A DNA stretch of 64,000 nt. Origin: an uncultured Bdellovibrionales bacterium (lineage in GTDB: Bacteria > Patescibacteriota > Minisyncoccia > Moranbacterales > UBA1568). Made by a program: the position numbers and the translations under genes. Position 1 is the first letter of the stretch, and each line of letters begins with the position of its first letter. Where the stretch lies: contig CAZCNN010000001.1 of the NCBI GenBank assembly GCA_964500505.1, positions 205,056 to 269,055 on the forward strand, read 5' to 3'. This document shows positions 18,353-28,742 of the stretch, in pieces. The notes under the pieces were generated by a model that worked only from the letters and a program-made list of their open reading frames with translations, was not told the DNA's origin and did not search any database.

Positions 18353-19264
18353 TTACTGTTTTCTACTCAGACTGGTCTTCATAGTATACCGTGTGACCAA
18401 AAGCGCCGAGGCGATATAGACCGATGAGTACGTCCCAAAGACGACACCGGAGAGGAGCGCCACTCCGAAGTATCGGACGCTCTCACCACCGAAAATGACG
18501 ATGGCGACGAGAGTGATGATGACCGTCATCGAAGTGTTGATCGAGCGTCCCAGTGTTTCGTTGAGCGAACGATTGACGATGTTTTCGAAATCGCCCTTCT
18601 TGCTCGAACGCATGAGGTTCTCACGGACACGATCATATACCACAATGGTGTCATTGACCGAGTACCCGAGGATAGTGAGGAGGGCCGCGATAAACGGTAC
18701 TCCAACCTCTACCCCATAAAAGTGCCCGAGGACAGCAAAGAGACCGACCACGATGGTGATGTCATGAGCAAGCGCGATAATCGCTCCGAGACCGTATTCC
18801 CACGACGTAACTACGCCGGACACGCGCCTGAAAGCCCATGCGATATAGAGAGCAATACCGATAACAGAGAGAAGAATACCCGTAAAGGCATTACGCTTGA
18901 TCTGATCTGAAACAGAGCCACCGATAAAGTCCGTCCGGAGCTGCTTCACCTCTGGGTCTAGTCCACGCAATTTGGCGAGGACCTGGTCATTGGCCGCATC
19001 ATCTGAAGCCAGATACCGGAGGAGGAGCCCCTGATTCTCCGTCGGTTGCACTGTGAGACTCTTAAGAGATAGTTCGGAGAGACTTTCTTCGACTACCCGT
19101 GTCTCTGGCGTCGGGTCCACCGTAAAGCGGACTTCCATCAAGGTCCCACCCTTAAAGTCAATCCCGAGATTGAGTCCCCAGAGGATAGTCACGATGATGC
19201 TCGCCCCGGTCAAGATACCAGAGAGGAGATAGGCGTAGGCTCGTTTTTGAATGATTTGGAGCAT
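18353..19264 (-). CDS. secF: Protein translocase subunit SecF
   Basis: GIDFKGG, GYSVNDTIVVYDRVRE, RSINTS. Confidence 0.96.
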   Translation of the reverse strand: MLQIIQKRAYAYLLSGILTGASIIVTILWGLNLGIDFKGGTLMEVRFTVDPTPETRVVEESLSELSLKSLTVQPTENQGLLLRYLASDDAANDQVLAKLRGLDPEVKQLRTDFIGGSVSDQIKRNAFTGILLSVIGIALYIAWAFRRVSGVVTSWEYGLGAIIALAHDITIVVGLFAVLGHFYGVEVGVPFIAALLTILGYSVNDTIVVYDRVRENLMRSSKKGDFENIVNRSLNETLGRSINTSMTVIITLVAIVIFGGESVRYFGVALLSGVVFGTYSSVYIASALLVTRYTMKTSLSRKQ

Positions 19265-19276
19265 GAGGGTAGATCG

Positions 19277-20968
19277 TTAGTCGTCGAGACGTTTCTTGGG
19301 TGATACGAGGAGCCACGGATGACGCTCCATCCAGTCTCCAGCGATGAACTCGGTCGTAATCCGCACCAACACCACCGCCGTAAAGAGGGAAAGGAGAACA
19401 CCGAGTGCGAGGATGATGGCAAAGCCCTTAACGAAGCCGGTCCCGAGACCGATGAGTACGACCGTGGTGATGAGGGTCGAGACGTGACCATCGCGAATAC
19501 TCGGCCAGGCGCGTCGAAATCCTTCGATGAGAGAACGTACTACACCTTTACCATACGAGAGTTCTTCGCGGGTACGCTCAAAGATAAGGACGTTGGCATC
19601 GACCGCGATACCGATCGAGAGGACGAATCCAGCGATACCAGAGAGGGTCACGGTGATACCAAAAGGGGTAAAGGCTGAGAGTTTGAAAATCGTGAGGAGC
19701 ATCGCCGTGTAAAGGAGGAGGGCAAAGACCGCCACAATACCGAGGAGACGATAGTAGAACACCATGTAGACGGCGACCGCAGCGAGACCGACTACTCCGG
19801 CAAAGAGACTCTTTTCGAGGGCTGCCTCACCAAGCGATGCATCGACACTCTGCTGGCCAACCAGGGTAATCGGTACTGGGAGAGCGCCTTCGTTCAAGCG
19901 TTTCACCAAGTCATTGGCTTCTTGCATGGTAAAGTCACCGGTGATGACGGCTTGGCCGGCGACAATCTCATTTTGGACCGTCGGCTGACTGATCATTTCG
20001 TCATCAAGAAAGATAGCGACTGGTTTGCCGATATTGCGCTTGGTGATAGCGGCAAACAAATCCGTCCCCTCGCTATCAAACTGGAGTGCAATCTGAGGTG
20101 ATCCGATACCTTGAGTTTGGTAGTCGACATAAGCATTCTTTAGGTTCTTGCCGGAGAGTCCCGTCACCTTAAAGGCAAGCTTGGGGAAATCATCGGCACT
20201 GTACTTGCGGAGGAGAATATGAGCACCATGAACTTCGCGCTCGTTCCCCTGTCCTCGTTCCTCGATTTTCTTGATAATGTGATAGCCAAACTGACTCTCG
20301 ACTACCTGTGGGTAAATAGCGCCGTCCGCCAGTCCTCCATCAAAAAGGACCTTGTCAAACTCTGGGACAAATGTCCCTGCCTTCACAAAATCGAGATCAC
20401 CGCCCTTGTCTTTGGAGCCGGGGTCCTGACTCAGTTCAGTAGCGAGTGCCGCAAAGTCCTCGCCGTTTTGAACGCGCTTAAGCACGCTTTCCGCCTGACT
20501 GCGACTCATCTGATTCATCTGGTCGAGCTGCGCCTGATCCTCAGGACTGACCACGCCGTCCGATGACTCACGGAACTCAAGAAACGGTGTTTCCTTGATC
20601 ATCTTTTTGGCCTGCTCGATGTCTTTGATACCTGGGAGCTCGACAATAATGCGCTCTTCGGTACCGGAGCGTGAGCGCTGGACGAGTGGCTCACCCACAC
20701 CGAAGGCGTTGACACGTCGTTCGATAACAGCTTCGGCCGCGACGAGGGCGTCACTCACTTTGGTTGATTCGATTTGGGAGACATCAGCTTTGTACTCAAG
20801 GTGGATACCACCTTGGATATCGAGGCCTTTGTTGACCTGCATTTTTTCAAGTGCGCTATAGAGAGGTGGGACCCACGAGACCGCCTGTGGATAAGAGATG
20901 ACACCACAAACCAGGCCAAGGAGGAGTACTCCCAGGAACTTGTAACGAATTTTGTACTGTTGTTTCAT
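19277..20968 (-). CDS. secD: Protein translocase subunit SecD with inserted parvulin PPIase domain
   Basis: GLDIQGG, RRVNAFGVGEP, AVDANVLIFERTREE; parvulin motifs inside the P1 domain; start placed at MKQQY. Confidence 0.95.
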   Translation of the reverse strand: MKQQYKIRYKFLGVLLLGLVCGVISYPQAVSWVPPLYSALEKMQVNKGLDIQGGIHLEYKADVSQIESTKVSDALVAAEAVIERRVNAFGVGEPLVQRSRSGTEERIIVELPGIKDIEQAKKMIKETPFLEFRESSDGVVSPEDQAQLDQMNQMSRSQAESVLKRVQNGEDFAALATELSQDPGSKDKGGDLDFVKAGTFVPEFDKVLFDGGLADGAIYPQVVESQFGYHIIKKIEERGQGNEREVHGAHILLRKYSADDFPKLAFKVTGLSGKNLKNAYVDYQTQGIGSPQIALQFDSEGTDLFAAITKRNIGKPVAIFLDDEMISQPTVQNEIVAGQAVITGDFTMQEANDLVKRLNEGALPVPITLVGQQSVDASLGEAALEKSLFAGVVGLAAVAVYMVFYYRLLGIVAVFALLLYTAMLLTIFKLSAFTPFGITVTLSGIAGFVLSIGIAVDANVLIFERTREELSYGKGVVRSLIEGFRRAWPSIRDGHVSTLITTVVLIGLGTGFVKGFAIILALGVLLSLFTAVVLVRITTEFIAGDWMERHPWLLVSPKKRLDD

Positions 20969-21022
20969 GCTCTCGAGTATACCCGAAAGTCGAAATCCAG
21001 GCAACTTCAAGCCATTTTTGGG

Positions 21023-22738
21023 CTACTTACCCAGCTTTTCTTCCAGACGCTTGAGGACTCGCTTCACCTGAGGCAAAGCCGAGGCTTCGTAGGCAGCATA
21101 GTCGGTGACCGGTGTGAGGAGTCCGCCGTCGAGAAGATACTTCTCTGAGAGAGCGACCCGCTCGAGGAACAAGCGATCATGGGTGACGAGGAGGATCGTA
21201 CCAGGATAGACCGCCAGGGCTTCTTCGAGGGCCTCAATCGCTTCGAGATCGAGGTGATTGGTCGGCTCATCGAGGATGAGGACATTGGCTCGGAGCATGG
21301 TGAGAAGTGCGAGGATGAGACGGACGCGCTCACCCGGACTGAGACTCGCAATCTTGCTATCGAGGGTATCTGGTGGGAACTGAAATTCGGAGAGAACGAG
21401 TGATGTCTCAAACACATCGAAATCCACGACGCGTTTTTTGAAGAGCTCTCGTGGCGTCAGCGCTTGAGAAATATTCTCATGTTCCTGCATGAGATAACCA
21501 AATATCACCTCTTTGCCACATGCCACCTTGCCACTCACCGGAGCGAGGTCACCGGTAATGGTCCGAAGGAGCGTCGACTTGCCTGCCCCGTTATTGCCAA
21601 GGATAGCAATGCGACTCCCTAGTGGCAGCTTGAGGCTGATGGGCCCCCCACGAAAGACTTTGTCCCCGTTCTCCTTTTCGGGATAGCCAAAAACGAGTTT
21701 CTTGAGGACAATACTACTTTCATCTTTCTTTTCCGTTTCCAAAATGATATTGAGTGGCGGGCGCTCCATCGGCTTTTCGATGTCTCGCATGCGCTTCTCT
21801 CGTCCCTCGAGCGCCTTAGCCGACGCATCAAACTTGCGCGTCGCCCGTTCTTTTTTGTAGTTCGAGGTAAACTTGTCATTGTCTGGAGTCACTTTTTCCT
21901 GCACCCGGATGACCCACTCTTTTTTCTCAGCCATCGAATCACGGAGACGGGAGCGCTCTTCTTCTTGCATCCGATACTGTTCCTTGTGTTTACGGAACGC
22001 GTGAGCCTTCATCTCGGCAAATTCACTCCAGCCACCGGTATACATGACGGCACTGCGGGTAAACCAGTCGATCTCGACCACTTTCTTTACCACGTGATCG
22101 AGGAACCGTCGGTCGTGCGACGCGATAAGGCAGGTCGCCTTGGAGCGCTTGAGATAATTCTCGAGCCACAGGAGCGCCGGCAGGTCGAGGTTGTTGGTCG
22201 GTTCATCGAGGAGGAGGATATCGACACCCCGAAGGAGCACACCGGCAAGCGTTGCTTTGCGCTTCTCGCCACCAGAGAGTTCCTGGATAGGACGACGCAG
22301 TCCGACATGGGAGAGAAAGAGTCCTTCGAGCACGCCCTTGGCCCGTCGTTCGAAATCATAGCCACCCAGCCGGGAATAATCACTTTGGACCAGTTCAAAC
22401 TGCGCAAGGATGGCCTCTTCATCGAGGTGTTTCTCGAGACGTTTCATCTCCTGCTCGAGTTCCTCAAGTCCGGCCATGCGTCGGAGATACGAGAGGAGCG
22501 TCTCATCCGGAAGTGTCCCCACTTCTTGTGGGAGATAGCCGAGAAGTGCCCGATTCGGGACGATACGATCCCCTCGTTCAAAGGTTTCGAGCCCAGCGGC
22601 AATCTTGAGGATGGTCGACTTGCCTACGCCGTTTTGACCGACGAGCGCTACTTTCTGGCCCTCACCCAGACTAAACGAGACCTTTTCGAGGACGCGGTGA
22701 ATGCCGTATATTTTCCGGATGTTTTTGAGGGTGAGCAT
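21023..22738 (-). CDS. ABC-F family ATPase (ribosome-associated)
   Basis: Two ABC domains (GQNGVGKS, LSGGE, DEPTN; GNNGAGKS, LSPGE), no TMs. Confidence 0.92.
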   Translation of the reverse strand: MLTLKNIRKIYGIHRVLEKVSFSLGEGQKVALVGQNGVGKSTILKIAAGLETFERGDRIVPNRALLGYLPQEVGTLPDETLLSYLRRMAGLEELEQEMKRLEKHLDEEAILAQFELVQSDYSRLGGYDFERRAKGVLEGLFLSHVGLRRPIQELSGGEKRKATLAGVLLRGVDILLLDEPTNNLDLPALLWLENYLKRSKATCLIASHDRRFLDHVVKKVVEIDWFTRSAVMYTGGWSEFAEMKAHAFRKHKEQYRMQEEERSRLRDSMAEKKEWVIRVQEKVTPDNDKFTSNYKKERATRKFDASAKALEGREKRMRDIEKPMERPPLNIILETEKKDESSIVLKKLVFGYPEKENGDKVFRGGPISLKLPLGSRIAILGNNGAGKSTLLRTITGDLAPVSGKVACGKEVIFGYLMQEHENISQALTPRELFKKRVVDFDVFETSLVLSEFQFPPDTLDSKIASLSPGERVRLILALLTMLRANVLILDEPTNHLDLEAIEALEEALAVYPGTILLVTHDRLFLERVALSEKYLLDGGLLTPVTDYAAYEASALPQVKRVLKRLEEKLGK

Positions 22739-22766
22739 AAGAAATAGAGTATAACCCGATTCGCTC

Positions 22767-22793
22767 AAAAAATCAACCCTCTAGGTTGATTTT
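22767..22793 (-). terminator. Terminator after the NUDIX gene
   Basis: AAAATCAACC-N5-GGTTGATTTT perfect stem with T-run. Confidence 0.6.
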
Positions 22794-22802
22794 CTTCACT
22801 TC

Positions 22803-23309
22803 TTATTGTCCTCGTAAGTATTCCTCTGTCTCACGGAGGACGCGTTTGGCGTTGTCAAAGGTGACACGTTTCATAGCCACGTCATACTTTTCCCAGGCAT
22901 AGCCCTGGTGTTCATGCGAGATGACAACTTCGGCAGTTTTGGTCTCGGCGGGATAGAAGTGTACTTCCTTGAAAATCCATACTCCCTCGGCTTTACGCAG
23001 GCGCTTCTCCCGCTCTGTCCCCTTGGCTGCATAAAAATAACGAATACTCACTCGGTGCGGAAAGACCTGGAGATCCCGGATCCCCGACTCTTCCTCGGTT
23101 TCCCGGCGAAGCGTCATTTCCTCGGTCTCGCCCTTTTCGATGTGTCCTTTGGCGAAGTCATAGTGACCACTCGGGTAATGGAGGAGGAGATACTGACGCT
23201 CACCATCAACCATCCGGAACACGACTGCCCCGACCGACGTCTCCCAGACAGCCGGAAAGCTAAAAAAACGCAGAAAATAATAGAGCGCCCGATGGACAGG
23301 AAGTTTCAT
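22803..23309 (-). CDS. NUDIX hydrolase, Ap4A hydrolase-like
   Basis: KGHIEKGETEEMTLRRETEEESG Nudix box; SHEH motif. Confidence 0.88.
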   Translation of the reverse strand: MKLPVHRALYYFLRFFSFPAVWETSVGAVVFRMVDGERQYLLLHYPSGHYDFAKGHIEKGETEEMTLRRETEEESGIRDLQVFPHRVSIRYFYAAKGTEREKRLRKAEGVWIFKEVHFYPAETKTAEVVISHEHQGYAWEKYDVAMKRVTFDNAKRVLRETEEYLRGQ

Positions 23310-23389
23310 ATTTTTATTGACAGATGGGTCTAATACTTCTACTGTATCATACAGTCTTGGTGGCTGTCTAAGGAGTATATATCCACCCC

Positions 23390-25510
23390 ATGTCACGATT
23401 TTTGGTCTTCAAACTCAAGAACCCCATTCTTACGATTCTCTCTGAAATCGTCTTTTTCACCTGCCTGGTTATTCTCGGGATCATCATCGGCCTGTTTCTC
23501 GTCTATCGCTACGCCACCCCCAATATCGACCAGATTCTCGCCTATCGCTTCAACCTCCCCTCCATCATCTATGACCAGAGTGGCACGGTCGAACTCTATC
23601 GTCTCTATGATGAAGAAAACCGCATCGTGGTCGGACACGACGCCATCCCCGAGTCTATCCGCCTCGCCACCATCGCCTCCGAAGACGCCAATTTCTATAC
23701 GCACCGAGGTATCGACCCCCTCTCCATCCTCCGCGCTCTCAGGGCCAATATCATAAGTGGCCACATCGAACAGGGCGGCTCGACCATCACCCAGCAGCTC
23801 GCGCGCGCCCTTTTCCTCTCAAATGAGCGGACCATCGAACGCAAATTCCGCGAAGCGCTCCTCGCCATCAAAATCGACCAGAAACTCGCAAAGGACGATA
23901 TCCTCGACCTCTACCTAAACACTGTCCCCTACGGCGCCAATGCCTACGGCATCGAGACAGCAAGTGAACTCTACTTTGGTAAGCGGGCGATTGACCTCAC
24001 CATTGCCGAAAGTGCTCTCCTCGCTGCCCTCCCCAATGCGCCGAGTTTCTTCTCACCGTTTGGAAACAATACCGATGAACTCCGGACTCGCCTGGATGGC
24101 ATACTCCTACGTATGTACACTCTCGGCTTTATCAACCGGAGCGAATACACTGAGGCGACCTCTAGCGACCCGCTCGCCGAAATAGAGCCCAGGAGCGACC
24201 AAATTATCGCCCCTCACTTTGTTTTTGCGGTGCTCGATGAGCTCAAGGCCAGGTATCCTGATCTGGACCTCCGCACAGCCGGCCTCCGAATCAGGACGAC
24301 GCTTGATCTCGAACTCCAAAAGTCTGCCGAACAAGTAGTCCGCGAGGGTGTAGAGAAGAACCTCGCGCGCGGAGCCGAGAACGCTGCTCTCGTCGCTCTC
24401 GATGCCACCAATGGTCATATCCTCGCCATGGTCGGCTCGCGTGACTACTGGGACACTGCTATCGACGGCAACGTCAACGTCACCCTCGAAAAGCGCCAGC
24501 CCGGTTCAGCCTTCAAGCCATTTGCCTATGCCACCGCCTTTACCAAGGGATTTCAGCCCGAGACACCCATCTATGATCGTCCCGTGAACTTTGGCCCCGA
24601 TGGTTCTGGCCGTGACTACATTCCTCAGAATTACGATGGCAAGTTTCATGGTCGTCTCACCATGCGCCAAGCACTCGCTATGTCACTCAATGTCCCTGCC
24701 GTCCAGACGCTCGCCCTCGCGGGACTGAGTGACACCATCGATCTCGCAACGCGTCTTGGTATCACCACCCTCACCGAGCCCCGTCGCTATGGACTGTCAC
24801 TCGTCCTCGGTGGTGCCGAAGTTCGCCCACTTGATATGGCCAACGCCTTTTCGGCCTTTGGTCAGGAAGGACGCGCCCATGATACTACTGGTATCGCCCA
24901 CATCGAGGACACCCATGGCAAAGTACTTCTTTGGCAGGACACTCAGAGTGAACAGGTGCTCGACCCAGAAGTAGCTCGGAAGATTAACTCCATTCTCTCA
25001 GATAATAGCGCCCGCACCCCTATCTTTGGTCCGAGGAGTCCACTTGCTTTCCCATCGGGCGTGACCGTCGCTGGGAAAACCGGAACGACGCAAAATTTCC
25101 GTGATGCCTGGACTGTCGGTTATACTCCCTCGATCGCCGTCGCCGTCTGGGCCGGTAACAATGATAACCGCCCTATGAATGCCGGAGCTGATGGTATCTA
25201 TGTCGCGGCGCCCATCTGGCGCGCCTTTATGGATGTGGCCCTAGAGCGCTTCCCTGTCACAGGCTTTACGGCCTACCAGTCAGAGCCTGATCAACGCCTC
25301 GCCACACCGCTAGAGAACGCTGGTGGCCGAACGATTTATATCGACAAAAAAACCGGGCGTGAAATCCCAGAAAGCAAAGCCAAGAAAATGAAAAAAGGTC
25401 GCGTCGAAAAATATTCCGTCGGTGATGATGGCAATCTCCCTCCTGAGGCCCTCGCACCCGACGCCATGATGTCGCTCTCCGACATCGAAAAAATGTATCA
25501 GAAACCTTAG
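23390..25510 (+). CDS. Class A penicillin-binding protein (PBP1A family)
   Basis: EDANFYTHRGID and GGSTITQQL transglycosylase motifs; SAFK, SLN, KTG transpeptidase motifs. Confidence 0.95.
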   Translation: MSRFLVFKLKNPILTILSEIVFFTCLVILGIIIGLFLVYRYATPNIDQILAYRFNLPSIIYDQSGTVELYRLYDEENRIVVGHDAIPESIRLATIASEDANFYTHRGIDPLSILRALRANIISGHIEQGGSTITQQLARALFLSNERTIERKFREALLAIKIDQKLAKDDILDLYLNTVPYGANAYGIETASELYFGKRAIDLTIAESALLAALPNAPSFFSPFGNNTDELRTRLDGILLRMYTLGFINRSEYTEATSSDPLAEIEPRSDQIIAPHFVFAVLDELKARYPDLDLRTAGLRIRTTLDLELQKSAEQVVREGVEKNLARGAENAALVALDATNGHILAMVGSRDYWDTAIDGNVNVTLEKRQPGSAFKPFAYATAFTKGFQPETPIYDRPVNFGPDGSGRDYIPQNYDGKFHGRLTMRQALAMSLNVPAVQTLALAGLSDTIDLATRLGITTLTEPRRYGLSLVLGGAEVRPLDMANAFSAFGQEGRAHDTTGIAHIEDTHGKVLLWQDTQSEQVLDPEVARKINSILSDNSARTPIFGPRSPLAFPSGVTVAGKTGTTQNFRDAWTVGYTPSIAVAVWAGNNDNRPMNAGADGIYVAAPIWRAFMDVALERFPVTGFTAYQSEPDQRLATPLENAGGRTIYIDKKTGREIPESKAKKMKKGRVEKYSVGDDGNLPPEALAPDAMMSLSDIEKMYQKP

Positions 25511-25514
25511 TGCT

Positions 25515-26771
25515 TTAGTCTTTGCGTAGGGCTTCCATCGGCGTGAGGGAAGCAGCGCGGTAGGCGGGCGCGAGACCAAAGATGAGGCCCACCGCGGTGG
25601 AGAATCCTACTCCAAGGAGAAATGATTGCCCAGAAAACGAAAGTGGCAGCGCAAATCCAAATGAAGCAAAGACTGCGCCGAGGGCGAGCGTGAGGAGCAT
25701 CCCAAGTATGATACCAATGAGGCCTCCGGAGAGGGTGATGATAAGGGCCTCTATCAAAAACTGGATAAGGATACTCTGAGACGTCGCCCCTACCGCTTTG
25801 CGGAGACCAATTTCCGACGTGCGCTCGTTGACCGAGACATACATAACATTCATGATCCCCACTCCCCCGACGACGAGCGAGATCGAGGTGAGCGCGAGGA
25901 GGAGGATAGAGAGTGAACCGAGGACGTCACTAAACGTCTTTTGCGCTTCCTTGGTCGAAGTTACAGAAAAGTCATCCTTGTCTGGATCATCGATATCATG
26001 CCGGTTACGGAGGAGGGCGACGATGTCAGCCACTGTCTCTCGCTCCCGACTCGGGTCGATCATCTTGACCGAGATAAACTGGACATAGTCGACACCCAGG
26101 AGCTTCTTTTGGAGGGTTTGGACTGGGATATACGTAAAACTGTCAAAGTTGAGAAACGCGACCGCGCCACGTTCTTTGAGGACACCAATGACGCGATACT
26201 TGTCGCCTTTGAGGGTAATCGACTGGCCCACAGCCTCACCCGTCCCAAAGAACGTGTCCTTGGTCTCGCTCCCGAGCACCGCCACCTGAGCCAGTGATGA
26301 AGCCTCTTCATCGGTAAAGAACCGACCACTTTCGAGGACGAGGTTACTGTCGACTTCCGCGACCGCGGCACCGGTCCCAAAGAGTTGGATGCGCTTGCCT
26401 ATCGAGCCATAGGTCGCTCGCTCCTGGCCGATTGTCCCAGCATACACTGCCGACACATTGGGCAGTTTCTCTATCGCTTCGCCGTCTTTGACGGTGAGCG
26501 TCGTGATTTGCGTCCCCTGAGCTCGACCGGTAGAGTTCTCACTCGACATGGCGGTCGTACTTGGGATCTTGATCTCCACCTGGATGAGGTCGCTCCCAAA
26601 GCTCTCCACCTGCCCGAGCACAAAACCCTTGACCCCATCACCGAGACTGGTCACCACGACCACCGCAAACACCCCGATCACCACACCAAGGAGTGCGAGA
26701 GCAGTCCTCGCTCGGTGTGTTGTGATGGTCTTCCAGGCAAAGAAAAATGGGATGAAATGTTTCTTATTCAT
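25515..26771 (-). CDS. MacB/FtsX-like ABC transporter permease
   Basis: GGVGIMNVMYVSVNERTSEIGLRKAVGA. Confidence 0.92.
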   Translation of the reverse strand: MNKKHFIPFFFAWKTITTHRARTALALLGVVIGVFAVVVVTSLGDGVKGFVLGQVESFGSDLIQVEIKIPSTTAMSSENSTGRAQGTQITTLTVKDGEAIEKLPNVSAVYAGTIGQERATYGSIGKRIQLFGTGAAVAEVDSNLVLESGRFFTDEEASSLAQVAVLGSETKDTFFGTGEAVGQSITLKGDKYRVIGVLKERGAVAFLNFDSFTYIPVQTLQKKLLGVDYVQFISVKMIDPSRERETVADIVALLRNRHDIDDPDKDDFSVTSTKEAQKTFSDVLGSLSILLLALTSISLVVGGVGIMNVMYVSVNERTSEIGLRKAVGATSQSILIQFLIEALIITLSGGLIGIILGMLLTLALGAVFASFGFALPLSFSGQSFLLGVGFSTAVGLIFGLAPAYRAASLTPMEALRKD

Positions 26772-26775
26772 ATAC

Positions 26776-28017
26776 TTATTCGTAGCGTAACGCCTCCATT
26801 GGGCTCACTCGAGACGCTTTGAATGCCGGATAGAGACCAAAGATGATACCGATGAGAAGTGAGACCGTAAAACCGATAACAACCGATGACAGTGGCACCA
26901 AGAACTGCCACTCATACCCAAACTGCGGGATAATGAGAGCAGCCACGTAGGCGAGGCCCGCCCCAAAGAGGATGCCGATACAGCCACCAATGAGCGTGAC
27001 GAGCGATGACTCGATCAAAAACTGGGTTATGATATGAACTGGTCTCGCTCCGACCGCTTTGCGGAGACCAATCTCTCGGATGCGCTGTGAGACCGAGATG
27101 AGCATCGAGTTCATGATCCCGATACCACCAACGAGAAGTGAGAGAGATGCAATAGCAATGAGGAAGTACTTGAGCACATCCGTGATGTTCGTGAGGATCC
27201 CGAGGGCTGCCTTGGTACTCCGCACCGAAAAGTCGGACTCTTCACCCTCGTCGAGATCATGTCGCTTGCGGAGGAGCGACTCCATATCCATGAGCGTGCG
27301 CTCAATATTGTCAGGCGTATCGACTTTCCCTCGAGCAAAATTGAGATAATCAATACCAAGAAGAATCTTCTGGGCCGTAGCGAGCGGGACAAAGATGAGC
27401 ACATCCGGATTGGAGAACGCCGCCGAGCCACGCTCTTCGAGTACGCCCACCACTTTAAATGGATTCTTGTCGATGGTGATCACTTCACCAATAGGATCAC
27501 GGTTGGGAAAGAGGTCGGCCGCTCGAGTAGCCCCAAGTACCGCGACACGCGACAAATCAGACTCTTCCTCAGGAAAAAAGAAACGTCCATTCGATACCGT
27601 TATGTTCTCCACTTCGATGAGCTCGGGCGAGACTCCCTGATAACTCACCTCGTACGATTCCGTCACGGACTCCACCGTCGCTGAACCACTGACATACCCA
27701 GAGATAGCAACGAGATGCGGAATATTGCGACGTTCTCGGAGCGCTCGGAGGTCGTCATTTTTGAGGCTGGTCGTCACGATGCCAAGGGCCGATGCCGGTG
27801 GACCATCTTCTTCCGAAGCACCAGGAAGGATAGCAACCAAATTGGATCCGACACTCTCTACCTGAGAGAGCACGAGTTTCTGAGCACTGGCTCCGATGGC
27901 CATAACCATAATCACCGCCGCCACCCCAATCACGACTCCGAGGACCGTCAGAAGGAACCGCAGTTTTGAGGCAGTGAGCGACCGATAAGTAATTTTGATC
28001 GGGTCGGAAATTTTCAT
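26776..28017 (-). CDS. MacB/FtsX-like ABC transporter permease
   Basis: GGIGIMNSMLISVSQRIREIGLRKAVGA, PMEALRYE. Confidence 0.92.
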   Translation of the reverse strand: MKISDPIKITYRSLTASKLRFLLTVLGVVIGVAAVIMVMAIGASAQKLVLSQVESVGSNLVAILPGASEEDGPPASALGIVTTSLKNDDLRALRERRNIPHLVAISGYVSGSATVESVTESYEVSYQGVSPELIEVENITVSNGRFFFPEEESDLSRVAVLGATRAADLFPNRDPIGEVITIDKNPFKVVGVLEERGSAAFSNPDVLIFVPLATAQKILLGIDYLNFARGKVDTPDNIERTLMDMESLLRKRHDLDEGEESDFSVRSTKAALGILTNITDVLKYFLIAIASLSLLVGGIGIMNSMLISVSQRIREIGLRKAVGARPVHIITQFLIESSLVTLIGGCIGILFGAGLAYVAALIIPQFGYEWQFLVPLSSVVIGFTVSLLIGIIFGLYPAFKASRVSPMEALRYE

Positions 28018-28019
28018 AG

Positions 28020-28742
28020 CTACTTCAAGAGCTCTGTTTCCGCAGAAGCTATGCGGCGCTTCGTGACCACTTCGTCAGCTACAATTTGTCCATCCACCAT
28101 ACGGAGAATGCGTTTAGCGTGCTCCGCGGTCGACGTTTCGTGAGTGACGAGGATGATAGTCTTGCCGTCGTCATTGAGCTTTTGGAGGATGGCCATCACC
28201 TGGAGACCGGATTTGGAGTCGAGGTTTCCTGTCGGCTCATCGGCAAAGATAATTTCCGGATTATTCACAAGGGCCCGAGCGATGGCGACCCGCTGTTTCT
28301 CTCCGCCAGAGAGCTGACTCGAGAGATACTGGGCTCGGTGAGACATCCCGACCGCGGCCAGCGCGTCTTTGACCCGGATAGTATTCGATGCATCATTCCG
28401 GTCATCGTAGAGGAGCGGAAGCTCAACGTTTTCCGCGACACTGGTTTTCGGCAAAAGATTGAAGGCCTGAAAGATAAAACCGATTTCTTTGTTGCGGAGT
28501 CGGGCGAGCTCATCATCGGTGAACCCCGTCACATCCTTACCACGAAGCGCATAGCTCCCTCCTGTCGCACGATCAAGGAGTCCCAAGACCTGCATGAGTG
28601 TCGACTTGCCCGATCCAGAAGGACCCATGATTGCGATGAATTCTCCCGGCTCAACAGAAAAGCACGCCCCAAAAAGCGCGCGAGTTTCCACCCCCTCGTT
28701 TGAGTACACCTTTTCAAGATTTCTGACAGCGATCAAACTCAT
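28020..28742 (-). CDS. ABC transporter ATP-binding protein (MacB/LolD-like)
   Basis: [31 protein letters not shown]. Confidence 0.95.
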   Translation of the reverse strand: MSLIAVRNLEKVYSNEGVETRALFGACFSVEPGEFIAIMGPSGSGKSTLMQVLGLLDRATGGSYALRGKDVTGFTDDELARLRNKEIGFIFQAFNLLPKTSVAENVELPLLYDDRNDASNTIRVKDALAAVGMSHRAQYLSSQLSGGEKQRVAIARALVNNPEIIFADEPTGNLDSKSGLQVMAILQKLNDDGKTIILVTHETSTAEHAKRILRMVDGQIVADEVVTKRRIASAETELLK

